50,202 bases of DNA, from the IMG/VR virus record IMGVR_UViG_3300017613_000718, positions 1 to 50,202 of that record, one strand, 5' to 3'. The stretch comes from a virus. Position numbers and translations under genes: made by a program. Within the stretch, counting starts at the first letter, position 1; each line of letters begins with the position of its first letter. This document shows, one piece after another, positions 7,884-17,068 of this stretch. The notes beneath the pieces were generated by a model. It had not been told where the DNA came from. It saw nothing but the letters and a program-made list of their open reading frames with translations, and ran no database searches.

Positions 7884-8841
7884 CATCTACGTCGCCGCAG
7901 ACTTCTCACAAATGGAATCCTTCCTCACCGCATACTTCGCTCAAGACGACGTGATGTGGACCGAGCTACAAGACAGCCTCAAGCCTGGTGGCATCAAGGT
8001 CCACGCACTCAACGCCGCACTGCTATACGACATAGACCCTGCTGATGCCAAGACCCACGAGGTCGAGATCCAAGGCCAGATCACCACCGCATACAAAGGC
8101 GGCAAGAAGGTCTCGCATCTCATCAACTACGGCGGCCAGCCTAAGCTGCTGCACAAGCAACTGTGGCTACCATTGGAGTTCTGTTACGAAGCGCATCGTA
8201 AGATCACCGGCAAGTACGTCCCCACCACACGATGGCGAGAACGGCTGGTCGAGAAAGTCTACGGTGTGATTCAATACCTATGCAACTCTTGCGGGCACGA
8301 GTCCAATATCGGTGGAGTCTGTCCACATTGCACACGTTCCAATAAGCCTGTGCCGATGGTCTACCAAGGCTGGTTGGAGCCCCCGACACGCGAGCTGTTC
8401 ACACCTTTCTTGCGTCGTCGCCGGTATCTGGGTAGGCGTAATGATGGCGCGAACGCTCTCGCGTCCCAACTTCCCCAATCGTGTGGAGCTTCTATCTGGT
8501 ACCGCACGCTTCAACGACTGAACGGATTCACCGCTACCAGCGAAGGCTTTGAGCCTTGGCCTATCCCAACTGGATACCGTATGCTTACGCAACCTTATCA
8601 AGCATTCGAGTACCAGAACCCCATTGCCACCGGCACATACGACTCGTTTGTAGTTGAATGCGCTCCAGCTGACCGTGATACAATCGCCGCTTGGCTCGCG
8701 TGGACAATGGAACAAGCCTGGCCTCAGCTTGGTGGGATTCGTATCCCGGCTGAGGTTGAGTGGGGTGAGAATTGGTACGACCTACGTGAGATGGAGTACC
8801 AGGCTTTCAGCGCGACGAATCCTTTTGAGGAGGCAGCATGA
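7873..8841 (+). CDS. family-A DNA polymerase, part II (palm/fingers: motifs A, B, C) with zinc-ribbon insert
   Basis: ANIYVAADFSQMES is motif A, GGKKVSHLINYGG is motif B, and TYDSFVVE is motif C-like. An inserted CNSCG-x10-CPHC lies between motifs B and C. SD gaggaggacgagg. Confidence 0.85.
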   Translation: MPANIYVAADFSQMESFLTAYFAQDDVMWTELQDSLKPGGIKVHALNAALLYDIDPADAKTHEVEIQGQITTAYKGGKKVSHLINYGGQPKLLHKQLWLPLEFCYEAHRKITGKYVPTTRWRERLVEKVYGVIQYLCNSCGHESNIGGVCPHCTRSNKPVPMVYQGWLEPPTRELFTPFLRRRRYLGRRNDGANALASQLPQSCGASIWYRTLQRLNGFTATSEGFEPWPIPTGYRMLTQPYQAFEYQNPIATGTYDSFVVECAPADRDTIAAWLAWTMEQAWPQLGGIRIPAEVEWGENWYDLREMEYQAFSATNPFEEAA

Positions 8842-9296
8842 CCGAACGTCCGTTTCAAATCTCGCATGTTGTTAATGTACTTGATCAAATGGCAGACGGT
8901 GGTTACGGCACTCGTGACGCCGTGAACAATTTCCTCAGGCAGAAGTCTTCCTCGGCTGTGTCGATCGGTGACATGGGCAACTACAACATCAGACGGTACA
9001 CCTTGAACGAGGTGATAGCGCTGGCGGCGCTCGTGCCGTTGACCTCGGTGTTGGGTACACGTAACCGGCAGGACTTCACACCGAAACTGGTAAAGTTTCT
9101 TGACAGATTCGACTCGAATCTTCCAACCTTCACGCACCTATATGTAGTAAAGGCACTATACGTGCGGTCGAAGCCCATGATCTGCACCTCAGCTTTGTTA
9201 GAGGAGGACTTACCTGAACATGCCGTGGTCGTGGACCTTCAACGTGTGATCAAGGCTGCTTTGCGGTTGAAGGCCGATCCGGAAAGTGTGGCATGA
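8838..9296 (+). CDS. hypothetical protein (152 aa)
   Basis: Track ORF with an ATGA overlap to polymerase part II. Confidence 0.7.
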   Translation: MTERPFQISHVVNVLDQMADGGYGTRDAVNNFLRQKSSSAVSIGDMGNYNIRRYTLNEVIALAALVPLTSVLGTRNRQDFTPKLVKFLDRFDSNLPTFTHLYVVKALYVRSKPMICTSALLEEDLPEHAVVVDLQRVIKAALRLKADPESVA

Positions 9297-9643
9297 GCTG
9301 CGCGGGCATGTTCCGAATAATCTGGACCACCGACATGGTGCTACCTGACCTTAGCAAATATTGGAGAGACGCCATTGACTGGAGATGCGTGATGACCGGC
9401 CCTGACACAGAACAACACGGATACTGCCTCAACTGTGGTGACTACGACCTACTCGTCACCTCCACACCAGCTTACTGTGCCGCCTGCGCCGCCACCTGCG
9501 TCGAACGTGACCTCGTGGCGGCCTCGCATCAAGCCAAGGTGCCCGTCGCTCAGCACCGGCTCCTGGGCTTCAGGCACTGCATCCACCCGAAGATCTTGAA
9601 TGGCCGCTGCCTGGCCTGTGGTAAAACCCCTAAGGAGGACTGA
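9293..9643 (+). CDS. Cys-rich/Zn-finger protein (116 aa)
   Basis: Track ORF with CLNCG...CAAC...CLACG. ATGA overlap with the previous gene. Confidence 0.65.
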   Translation: MSCAGMFRIIWTTDMVLPDLSKYWRDAIDWRCVMTGPDTEQHGYCLNCGDYDLLVTSTPAYCAACAATCVERDLVAASHQAKVPVAQHRLLGFRHCIHPKILNGRCLACGKTPKED

Positions 9644-9644
9644 A

Positions 9645-9890
9645 GTGGACAAGACCATCTCTGTCACGTACCAATGCCTACAACCTATGCATCGAGATAA
9701 CTCTGAGCCTGGCCGGTGCCAGAAGCAAGCTGGCGTCAAGATGCGCGTGAACAGTCCCGCCTTCCCCCTGCCTGACATGCGGTGCCTTGAGCACCCCGAT
9801 GCTCCCATGGAGATCCTCGACATCCACGTCGAAGACACCTCGTTGATAGTAGATCCCCGCCAACAGCCCGTAGCCGTCAAGCCATCATGA
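9645..9890 (+). CDS. hypothetical protein (81 aa)
   Basis: GTG 9645 lies 6 nt after aaggagga, in frame with track ORF 9600..9890. Confidence 0.5.
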   Translation: MDKTISVTYQCLQPMHRDNSEPGRCQKQAGVKMRVNSPAFPLPDMRCLEHPDAPMEILDIHVEDTSLIVDPRQQPVAVKPS

Positions 9891-9891
9891 G

Positions 9892-11304
9892 ATGCCGTAC
9901 CTCGTTGACGACAACGACGCCTCCCGTCAAGCACTCATCGAGCTGCTCCAGGGCTTAACACCTGATAAAGTTGATGCTGAACTCGCGGCGACGGTCAAGG
10001 AAAGCATTGAGCTTGCATGGCAAGGGCAGCCTGACGCCTCATGGAACTCTATACGTGACGCATACTGTAAAGCCTTCGGCTCTGAAATCACGATCGCAGA
10101 GGCGTCGGTCACCAAGACCATACGTCCGTTCCGTGAGGTCGTCACCGACCAGTGGTTCAGCGACTACCTTGAATACTCCAGCGTGTCCGAAGCACCGGCT
10201 CAATTCCACTTCGGGGCCGTGCTCACTCTCATTGCAGGCTCACTACGAAGAAGGCCCTTACTCGACTGGGAGGCTCGTCCGACTTATTGCAACCTGTTCA
10301 GCTTGCTTGTCGGCTCTACCGGTTCACGTAAAGGTAGCGCGATCAAGACCGCTCAGTCCATGGTCCAGACCGTCCTTGCAACCAACGTCCTGCCCAATGA
10401 AGGCACCCACCAAGGGTATGCTGAGGCCCTGAAGCACCGCTACACAGACACAGGCATGAGCGACGGGCTGATCATCTCGCCCGAGTTCAAGGTGTTGTTG
10501 TCTAAAAATGAAAAGCACAAGGAAGCGCTCGTAGCCTGGCTCACTGACTGGTACGACTGCGATGATGTGTGGGAACGGGCGCTCAGGAGTGTGGACGAGC
10601 CCTACCTGCTAGAGCGCCTATGTGTGAGCGTACTCGGTGCGAGCAACATGCGGTGGCTCAGGCAAACACCTGAAGATGCGATCCTTGGTGGCTTCTTTCC
10701 ACGCTTCTTGATGTTCGTGCAACCTGAAGGGCTGAAGATCTGGGGCGATGCGTTCCCGAAGTTTAATCGCAAGCTATATGAGAAGTTGCAACAGGAACTT
10801 GAAGAACGCCTGGCGAACGTACCTGATGTCATCCGCTTCGATGCTGAAGGCCAGGCGTGGATGGAGGACTGGTACAAGGGGCCGCATCGCGGCTTGAGAG
10901 AATCTACCGGGGATGAGCAGATGCACGCCTGGTACGACCGCAAGCAGGCCGCATTGATGAAGGTGGCTATTATCTTGCAGCTCGTGAACGGTGGCCGACA
11001 GGATGTGGTCGAGGTCCAGTACCTGATAAAGGCGCAGAAGATCACCGACTGGTGCGACTGGTCGGTAGCCTATGTGTATAACAAGCTAGGTGTGGTGGGT
11101 AGTGGTGAGCTACTTGCTGACATCGTAGGCGTATTAGAGAGGCGTGCCCACCACCGCGCCACAGACCGAGTGGTCAAGAAGAACTTGTCACATAAGTATC
11201 TAGCGCCGATGATCAACAAGGGCCTGGCCTCGTTGAAAGAGATCGGCGTGGTCAAACGTGAGCACTCGGCTGAAGGTGGAGCGGAGTGGGTTTTGGTGGA
11301 CTAG
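9892..11304 (+). CDS. DUF3987-like P-loop NTPase (putative replicative helicase/initiator)
   Basis: NLFSLLVGSTGSRKGSAIK is a Walker A-like motif and GLIISPEF is Walker B-like. Size and layout resemble phage/plasmid DUF3987 proteins. No primase motifs were seen. Confidence 0.55.
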   Translation: MPYLVDDNDASRQALIELLQGLTPDKVDAELAATVKESIELAWQGQPDASWNSIRDAYCKAFGSEITIAEASVTKTIRPFREVVTDQWFSDYLEYSSVSEAPAQFHFGAVLTLIAGSLRRRPLLDWEARPTYCNLFSLLVGSTGSRKGSAIKTAQSMVQTVLATNVLPNEGTHQGYAEALKHRYTDTGMSDGLIISPEFKVLLSKNEKHKEALVAWLTDWYDCDDVWERALRSVDEPYLLERLCVSVLGASNMRWLRQTPEDAILGGFFPRFLMFVQPEGLKIWGDAFPKFNRKLYEKLQQELEERLANVPDVIRFDAEGQAWMEDWYKGPHRGLRESTGDEQMHAWYDRKQAALMKVAIILQLVNGGRQDVVEVQYLIKAQKITDWCDWSVAYVYNKLGVVGSGELLADIVGVLERRAHHRATDRVVKKNLSHKYLAPMINKGLASLKEIGVVKREHSAEGGAEWVLVD

Positions 11305-11579
11305 GCCAACCAGACGGTAACGAGCGCGTTGGTAACTGTGAACGCCGCCAGGTAGATCGTCACCGAACGTGGAAACGCCAGGTGTTGAAAGTCGTCCTCA
11401 ACCGACGCGGTGTACAAGAAGATGCTGTCACTCGTGTCGGCTTTGATCTCCACCGTGCCTCCTTGAGCAGTGCCCGTGACCGAGATGCCTTGAATGTTCA
11501 TCCAGGTCATGCCCAAGCTGGCGGCTGTGAAGGACTGGTCACTCCAAATGATGTCGTTACGTTGCGTAGTCGCTGCCAT
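11301..11579 (-). CDS. small beta-rich protein, last gene of the late arm (92 aa)
   Basis: Track ORF with SD gaggag 5 nt upstream of ATG. Its stop overlaps the stop of the plus-strand gene. Confidence 0.65.
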   Translation of the reverse strand: MAATTQRNDIIWSDQSFTAASLGMTWMNIQGISVTGTAQGGTVEIKADTSDSIFLYTASVEDDFQHLAFPRSVTIYLAAFTVTNALVTVWLA

Positions 11580-11614
11580 GATCTCTCCTCAATTCGCGTG
11601 TGTAGTATAGCATG

Positions 11615-14600
11615 TTAAGGGCGCTCATCCTGGTCGCCTTGAATCGCCTGTAGTGGCGACGTGATCGTCTGCAGCTTCTCACCAAACCACTCAGCCTGGT
11701 TCGATGACATCTCATTTCCTAAGTATTCACCGAAGTCCCAGAGCTGACGTAAGCCTGGCAATATGTCGTGGGCCAACCCATCGATATCTTTCGCAAACGA
11801 GTCGCGTGCATCTGGATTGGTCGTCAAATGCCAAAACGTGGTCGCTGCATTCACCAAGTCAGACATGATCGGCCCGCCAGTGTAAATCACAGCGTCCTTG
11901 TTTAGACTCCATTTACCAGTGTCGTTGTTGTAGAACACCATTGGGAGTAAGGACACCCCAATGCGATTCAACCAATAAGCTTCACCCTTCTCACTGCCTG
12001 CAAAGCCCATCGTCATGCCGTAGATCGAAGACAACCCCGCAACATACGCTCCGTATTTAAGGAACCGCACATCAATCCCACCAGCCGGGTTGTGTGCTGA
12101 CCTGAGCAAGGACGACAACCGATTAGTGGCGAACTCCATTTGGTGTAACGTGAATGTCTGGAGTGCGCCTGCCGCACCGCCTACTGGTGTGCGTAACAAC
12201 ATCCCACGCGACTCTTTACCAAGTGAAAACTGTGTGGTGGACACGACATCTTTCATGTACTGCTGAATCACTTCCTGTCGTGACGGTGCGCCTTCACGTA
12301 ACGCCATCGTGACTGGGTCAGACATCGGTGTTTGGGACAACGTGCGCTCAGTCCGTGCTAAACGCTGGCGAGCACGATCAGTGCGGGACTTGGTGAACTT
12401 AGATCCAACAGCGCCTGCGGCAGCACCGACAGCCAAACCCTTCAGCGCAGCACCGAACCTGTCCTCAACGTCTTCGCCCTGTTCGCTGTATGCCCCTAAG
12501 AACCCGCCAGCACCAGCACCGGCAGCCACGCTCTCGACGAATTGCACACCACGCTTAGCCTGTCCTGCAAATGCTTGCTGGGCTGACCGTTCAGCCGCTG
12601 CTGCTGTGGTCACACGCAAGAAGCGTTCAACAGTGCTGAACGGCAGGATCGAAGTCTCTGCAAATTTCATCATGGCAGATTTGAGCACTTTAGCAGGGCC
12701 GTCACCATGCATGATGTGCCCTGTTGGTGAGAGCGTTCGCATGATGTGCTGCGTGTTCATGTTTCCAATGCCAAGCTCACGCACCACGCGCAGCATGTTC
12801 CGACCCTTCAGGTTAGGATCTAACCACGCTAGTTTAGGAAACGTCTCAGCAACCTTGCCCTTCACTACACGCGAGCCGCCGACAAACACATTGCCCAAAC
12901 CGACATCAGCTGACGAGTTCACGATCTGCGTGAGGTTCGTCATCGCACTCATGAACGATCCACCGAGCTTGGAGAAGAACGCCCATGATCGAAGCGCATT
13001 CGCTGCCCCGCCGACCACACCCTGCTCCTGCATGCGCTTACCAAGGTGGCCCAACAGCATTGACGGAACTGACGTGCCGCCCATTGCATCTGCCATACTC
13101 GTGAAGTCAACACCGACCTTGTTCAACATGTTGCTTATGCGTAGGGTGCTGAGGCTGGGGATGCCCATGACATCAAGGTACAATCTCCCGAGCTGGCCTG
13201 CGAGAACCTCTTGCCGCTTGCCAAGCTGGTTCCAATACGACGGCCCCAAGTTGGCAATCATCTCATCAAGGTGGATCTTGCGTGTTGCGCCCGCAATGTA
13301 GGTGTGCATGGCTTCGTCGAGAGTCATCATCTCAGTGAGGGGCGTCGCTGCTGTGCGTTGATAGATCGAACGAAATATCTTCGACGCAGACAAGCCTTGC
13401 CCATGCGGGATCAGCAGGTCGTCCTTCCAACCTGTACGTACACCAAACTGCTCTTGCAGTAACTGCCGAATGTCAGCTACCGACTTGGAGGAGTAGTACC
13501 AAGGGAAGTAGTCCTCGATATATTGGCCTTTTTCTAACCCGAGCTGATCCGCAAATGTGTCAAGTAGTGTTCGTAAACGACCGTGCGTGGTGAGCATCTC
13601 AGGGTTAGCTTTGCCGTAACGCTCACGGAAAACCGAGTCCTGCATCATCCGCTTCAGGACTTCCTTTTGCTCCAGATTCAAGCCTCTTACGATATCGGTG
13701 TATTCGTTTGCTGCGATCTCATACCCACGACGAGAACTCTCAGCTGCAGTGGTGATCGAGTGGTAGCCTCTACCAAGCAAGTCGGCGTCAAGTTGCCCTC
13801 GCGCCCCTTGAGACTCGAACTTTTCGATGAACCGCAGGATGCGAGTGGTTGGCGCGAACCAGTCACCAGCATGAATGGCCCCGGATTCAACTTTACCTTT
13901 GCTGACGTTGAGGCTGGTGTTGTCGATCTCGGCTGCGACCTCTTGAATGCGTTTCGCGTTCTTACTAAGTTGTTGGCGTTGCCACTTGTTGCCCCGACGT
14001 GCGAAGTCTGCAAGCGGTATTGGGGCGGACGAGGCGGCGACCTGTGCAGTGAGCAGCATGTCCCGTGCATGCGGTACGTCAACAGCTTGCGAGAGCGGTG
14101 ACGACGCATCGTCTGCGAGTAACCGTAGGTCCAAATTGTAGGCCCGAGGACGTGCAAGGAAGGGTGTCGCCGTTACGCTAAGGTAGCCACGCCACCGTTT
14201 CAGCACGTTGTTTGTGAGTTGCTCTTCAGTAAGCTTGGCGGGCGCGGCCTTACCTGCGCGGGGTTTTGGCTGCCGACGAGTCTCATCAGCGGTAAGCTTT
14301 CGCACCTGCTTGTTGAACAACGCAAACGTGGTGTCATAGGACTCTTGCGTCACGGCATGCGGCGCGTACTTCTGCATGACACGGTCAAGCTCAGGCTGGG
14401 TTCGAGCAACTTGAATGCGCCATGTTCGATATTGGTTCTGCACGTATTCCGGCATGCTGTTGAAACGTGCAACACTCAGCTCAACAGGGTCGAGCTTGCC
14501 GGTCTTACGGTTCTTTGTCCAGCGGGGCTTGATCTTGGTGCCGGTGCGTTCAGCAGTGTGACCAGCTACCGTTTGCTTGCGCCGATAGCCGGTTTTCCAA

Positions 14601-17053
14601 TACGCATAGGCAGTCTTCTCATCAACCGCGCCTTGGAACAGTGGTTCTGTAAGCTTCAATGTTCGGAGAGCTTCTTTGCGGAGCGCACCTCGCCCAACAC
14701 GGCTGGCCATCAACATGCCGATAAGGCCAAATGATCCCATCGCACCGTAACGGGCACCATCATCAGAGTCCATCATGGTTTGCCAGACCGCATCACCAGC
14801 CAAGCCTGCCATCCCACCACCAACACCACCAAGTGCTTGCAGCGCACGCATACCTGGACGACTGAGTTGGATCACGTTGTCAGCCGCTTTGTGTTGGAGG
14901 TCATCGAGCATGCCTTTCAATGTCGGTGCTTCACTGATGACCTTGCGGTTGCCGTTGACTACGTTGAACGTGCGGAATACACGTTTACCCTCTTCCATGG
15001 CGTGCTCGAAGTTGATGCCATGCTCGTCCATGAACCTTTGCACGGACTCTATCTTGATAGGCACTCGACTGACACCTTGAGGAGTAACAGTTCCAGGTAA
15101 GATGCCCTTGACTGAACCCGACCCGGCTGCTGCAACACGATGAATGCCAGCTTCAACCGCCTTACCAGCTCGTTGTAACGATCCGCCGTGGTACCATTCA
15201 CGTAGCGCTTCCGTTACCTTACCTCCCTGTTGCGGCCCAAGTTCTTCAAGCACCTCGTCGAATGTGCTGCGGGCAGGCTCACCTGCAGGTGGCGGTTCCG
15301 ACGTGATGGGTGGTGCTTTTTTCTTCGGCACTGGTGGCACTGGATACTCAGCTCTGCGAGCCTGTGCCAACCGTTGCTCAAGCATGTTCTTCGCCGCAGC
15401 GAGTTGAACCATCTCAGGCGCGGCTTCAGACACGCCTTTGGCTTCTAGTGTGGCAACTCGTTCAGTGAGCTGTGCGAGCTGTGTTTTGAGACCGCGCTCA
15501 AAACCAGGACCGGCCCGGCCTGTCGCATGCCGCAATAGCGGGATGAGCGCATCATCCATGGCATCAGCGGCAGCCCTGACAGAGTCCTCGTATACCGCGC
15601 CCGTCACCTCACCGGCCTCTGCTGGTGTGAGCCGACTTCCACCTTCCTGCAATTTTTTGAGTGTGCTGGCTGGAAGGATTGTGCGAAGGTTCTGTGCGAA
15701 CAGTACCGTGCTGCCGAATCCACTCATGATTGCGGTCTGAAGATCCCCACCGCTAATTGCTGCACCGAAACCTGCACCAGCAGAGAAACGTGCGATGTGG
15801 GGCATGGATTTTTGCAGTGCGGCATTGGCTGTAGGGTTGAGCATCGAAAGGCGCAGCTTGGCCGTGTTTGTAGCGGCTGTCGTCGCAGCCATCCACCGAC
15901 GAGCGCCCAGCATTCCAGATAACGCAACGTCATAGCCCATCCAAGACAGCCCTTGAAACACACCTTGCTGTATAGCATCGAGTGGGGCCATCCCTTTTGC
16001 AGCTGCGTCCATGGTGCCGAACACTGCGCCCTGCATGCCCGCGCTGGTCAACCGACCAAACGTGAGGTTGGGTTGGTGAACAGCTGCCGTAAAGAGCTTC
16101 CGACCACCTCGCGCCAGGCCCGCTTTGGCTCCAGTAAGCTGGCCTGAGATGCCCAAAAGGCTGTTGCGCTCTGCCGCAGCAAGCATCTTGGGTGAGAATC
16201 CGATCGCACGGCCCATCAGGGCGCTGCTGAGCAGCCGTCCTGCGCCTGCACCGGCCATTATGTACTCAATGCTTTCTAGCGTACCGGCGTCGTCTGGGGC
16301 CATCTGAGCGCCTATGAGGCCCCCTACACCAGGAATCACACCGTTGCGTACAGCACTGATGGCGAACCGCGACCCAGCGGTTGCACCCCCTCCAAGTGCT
16401 CGGGTGGCTCCAGCAGTGACAGCTTGCCCAGCTTTGGTGCCGCCAATTCTCAACAGACCACTGGTCAATGCCCCTGATCCTAAGCCGCCAGTGCCGACTG
16501 TCACGGCAATCATGCTGGCCAGGTGCCCAACGGCCTGGCCCCAACCTGACATGCTGGCCTTCCAGGCTTCACGTTGCAGCTCGTCTTCAGGAGCACCGAA
16601 TAGGTTAGATTCAGTCCAGTCGCGAACACGTTTGAGATGGTCTTCAATCTCTCCCATGTGCTGCTCGCCTGTTCGCCCGCCCGTTAAAAAGTCAGGTAGC
16701 AGATCAAGCGCCATGGCCTGCGACTGGCCAAAGCCGCGCTGTTGCAGTTCGTAAAACCCACGCAGCCAACCTGTGACATCGTGCTTGGTGGTGAAGTACG
16801 CCGTTTCCCAAAGGCCCATGCGTTGCGCTGATTCTCGTTGCTCTGCCATAGCACGCAAAGACAGATAGGCGTCATGCGGTGTGTCCGATACCGAGAACAT
16901 GTCTGAGATCTCGTCTTCAGTAAGCAGCCCTTGGTTCTGCACCCGTGAGATCGTAGCATGCGCGTCTTGGTCTACTTGAATGCGTTTGATAAGACGCTTC
17001 GCACGAAGGACTGCTTGTTTCTGCTCGTCGGTGAGGGAGTCAAAGGAGGGCAT
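11615..17053 (-). CDS. giant internal virion/DNA-ejection protein (1812 aa)
   Basis: SD aggag. Gly/Ala-rich hydrophobic blocks and long helical regions. It sits after two other ejection-type proteins, as with T7 gp14-16. No lysozyme, transglycosylase or peptidase motif was recognised. Confidence 0.6.
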   Translation of the reverse strand: MPSFDSLTDEQKQAVLRAKRLIKRIQVDQDAHATISRVQNQGLLTEDEISDMFSVSDTPHDAYLSLRAMAEQRESAQRMGLWETAYFTTKHDVTGWLRGFYELQQRGFGQSQAMALDLLPDFLTGGRTGEQHMGEIEDHLKRVRDWTESNLFGAPEDELQREAWKASMSGWGQAVGHLASMIAVTVGTGGLGSGALTSGLLRIGGTKAGQAVTAGATRALGGGATAGSRFAISAVRNGVIPGVGGLIGAQMAPDDAGTLESIEYIMAGAGAGRLLSSALMGRAIGFSPKMLAAAERNSLLGISGQLTGAKAGLARGGRKLFTAAVHQPNLTFGRLTSAGMQGAVFGTMDAAAKGMAPLDAIQQGVFQGLSWMGYDVALSGMLGARRWMAATTAATNTAKLRLSMLNPTANAALQKSMPHIARFSAGAGFGAAISGGDLQTAIMSGFGSTVLFAQNLRTILPASTLKKLQEGGSRLTPAEAGEVTGAVYEDSVRAAADAMDDALIPLLRHATGRAGPGFERGLKTQLAQLTERVATLEAKGVSEAAPEMVQLAAAKNMLEQRLAQARRAEYPVPPVPKKKAPPITSEPPPAGEPARSTFDEVLEELGPQQGGKVTEALREWYHGGSLQRAGKAVEAGIHRVAAAGSGSVKGILPGTVTPQGVSRVPIKIESVQRFMDEHGINFEHAMEEGKRVFRTFNVVNGNRKVISEAPTLKGMLDDLQHKAADNVIQLSRPGMRALQALGGVGGGMAGLAGDAVWQTMMDSDDGARYGAMGSFGLIGMLMASRVGRGALRKEALRTLKLTEPLFQGAVDEKTAYAYWKTGYRRKQTVAGHTAERTGTKIKPRWTKNRKTGKLDPVELSVARFNSMPEYVQNQYRTWRIQVARTQPELDRVMQKYAPHAVTQESYDTTFALFNKQVRKLTADETRRQPKPRAGKAAPAKLTEEQLTNNVLKRWRGYLSVTATPFLARPRAYNLDLRLLADDASSPLSQAVDVPHARDMLLTAQVAASSAPIPLADFARRGNKWQRQQLSKNAKRIQEVAAEIDNTSLNVSKGKVESGAIHAGDWFAPTTRILRFIEKFESQGARGQLDADLLGRGYHSITTAAESSRRGYEIAANEYTDIVRGLNLEQKEVLKRMMQDSVFRERYGKANPEMLTTHGRLRTLLDTFADQLGLEKGQYIEDYFPWYYSSKSVADIRQLLQEQFGVRTGWKDDLLIPHGQGLSASKIFRSIYQRTAATPLTEMMTLDEAMHTYIAGATRKIHLDEMIANLGPSYWNQLGKRQEVLAGQLGRLYLDVMGIPSLSTLRISNMLNKVGVDFTSMADAMGGTSVPSMLLGHLGKRMQEQGVVGGAANALRSWAFFSKLGGSFMSAMTNLTQIVNSSADVGLGNVFVGGSRVVKGKVAETFPKLAWLDPNLKGRNMLRVVRELGIGNMNTQHIMRTLSPTGHIMHGDGPAKVLKSAMMKFAETSILPFSTVERFLRVTTAAAAERSAQQAFAGQAKRGVQFVESVAAGAGAGGFLGAYSEQGEDVEDRFGAALKGLAVGAAAGAVGSKFTKSRTDRARQRLARTERTLSQTPMSDPVTMALREGAPSRQEVIQQYMKDVVSTTQFSLGKESRGMLLRTPVGGAAGALQTFTLHQMEFATNRLSSLLRSAHNPAGGIDVRFLKYGAYVAGLSSIYGMTMGFAGSEKGEAYWLNRIGVSLLPMVFYNNDTGKWSLNKDAVIYTGGPIMSDLVNAATTFWHLTTNPDARDSFAKDIDGLAHDILPGLRQLWDFGEYLGNEMSSNQAEWFGEKLQTITSPLQAIQGDQDERP

Positions 17054-17068
17054 TATGCGGCTCCTACG

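Noticed and set aside
12309-13301. A 330-aa plus-strand ORF.
   Set aside because: It is antisense to the 1812-aa ejection-protein gene. Its Pro/Ser/Ala/Arg-rich low-complexity composition is typical of the reverse frame of a GC-rich gene.
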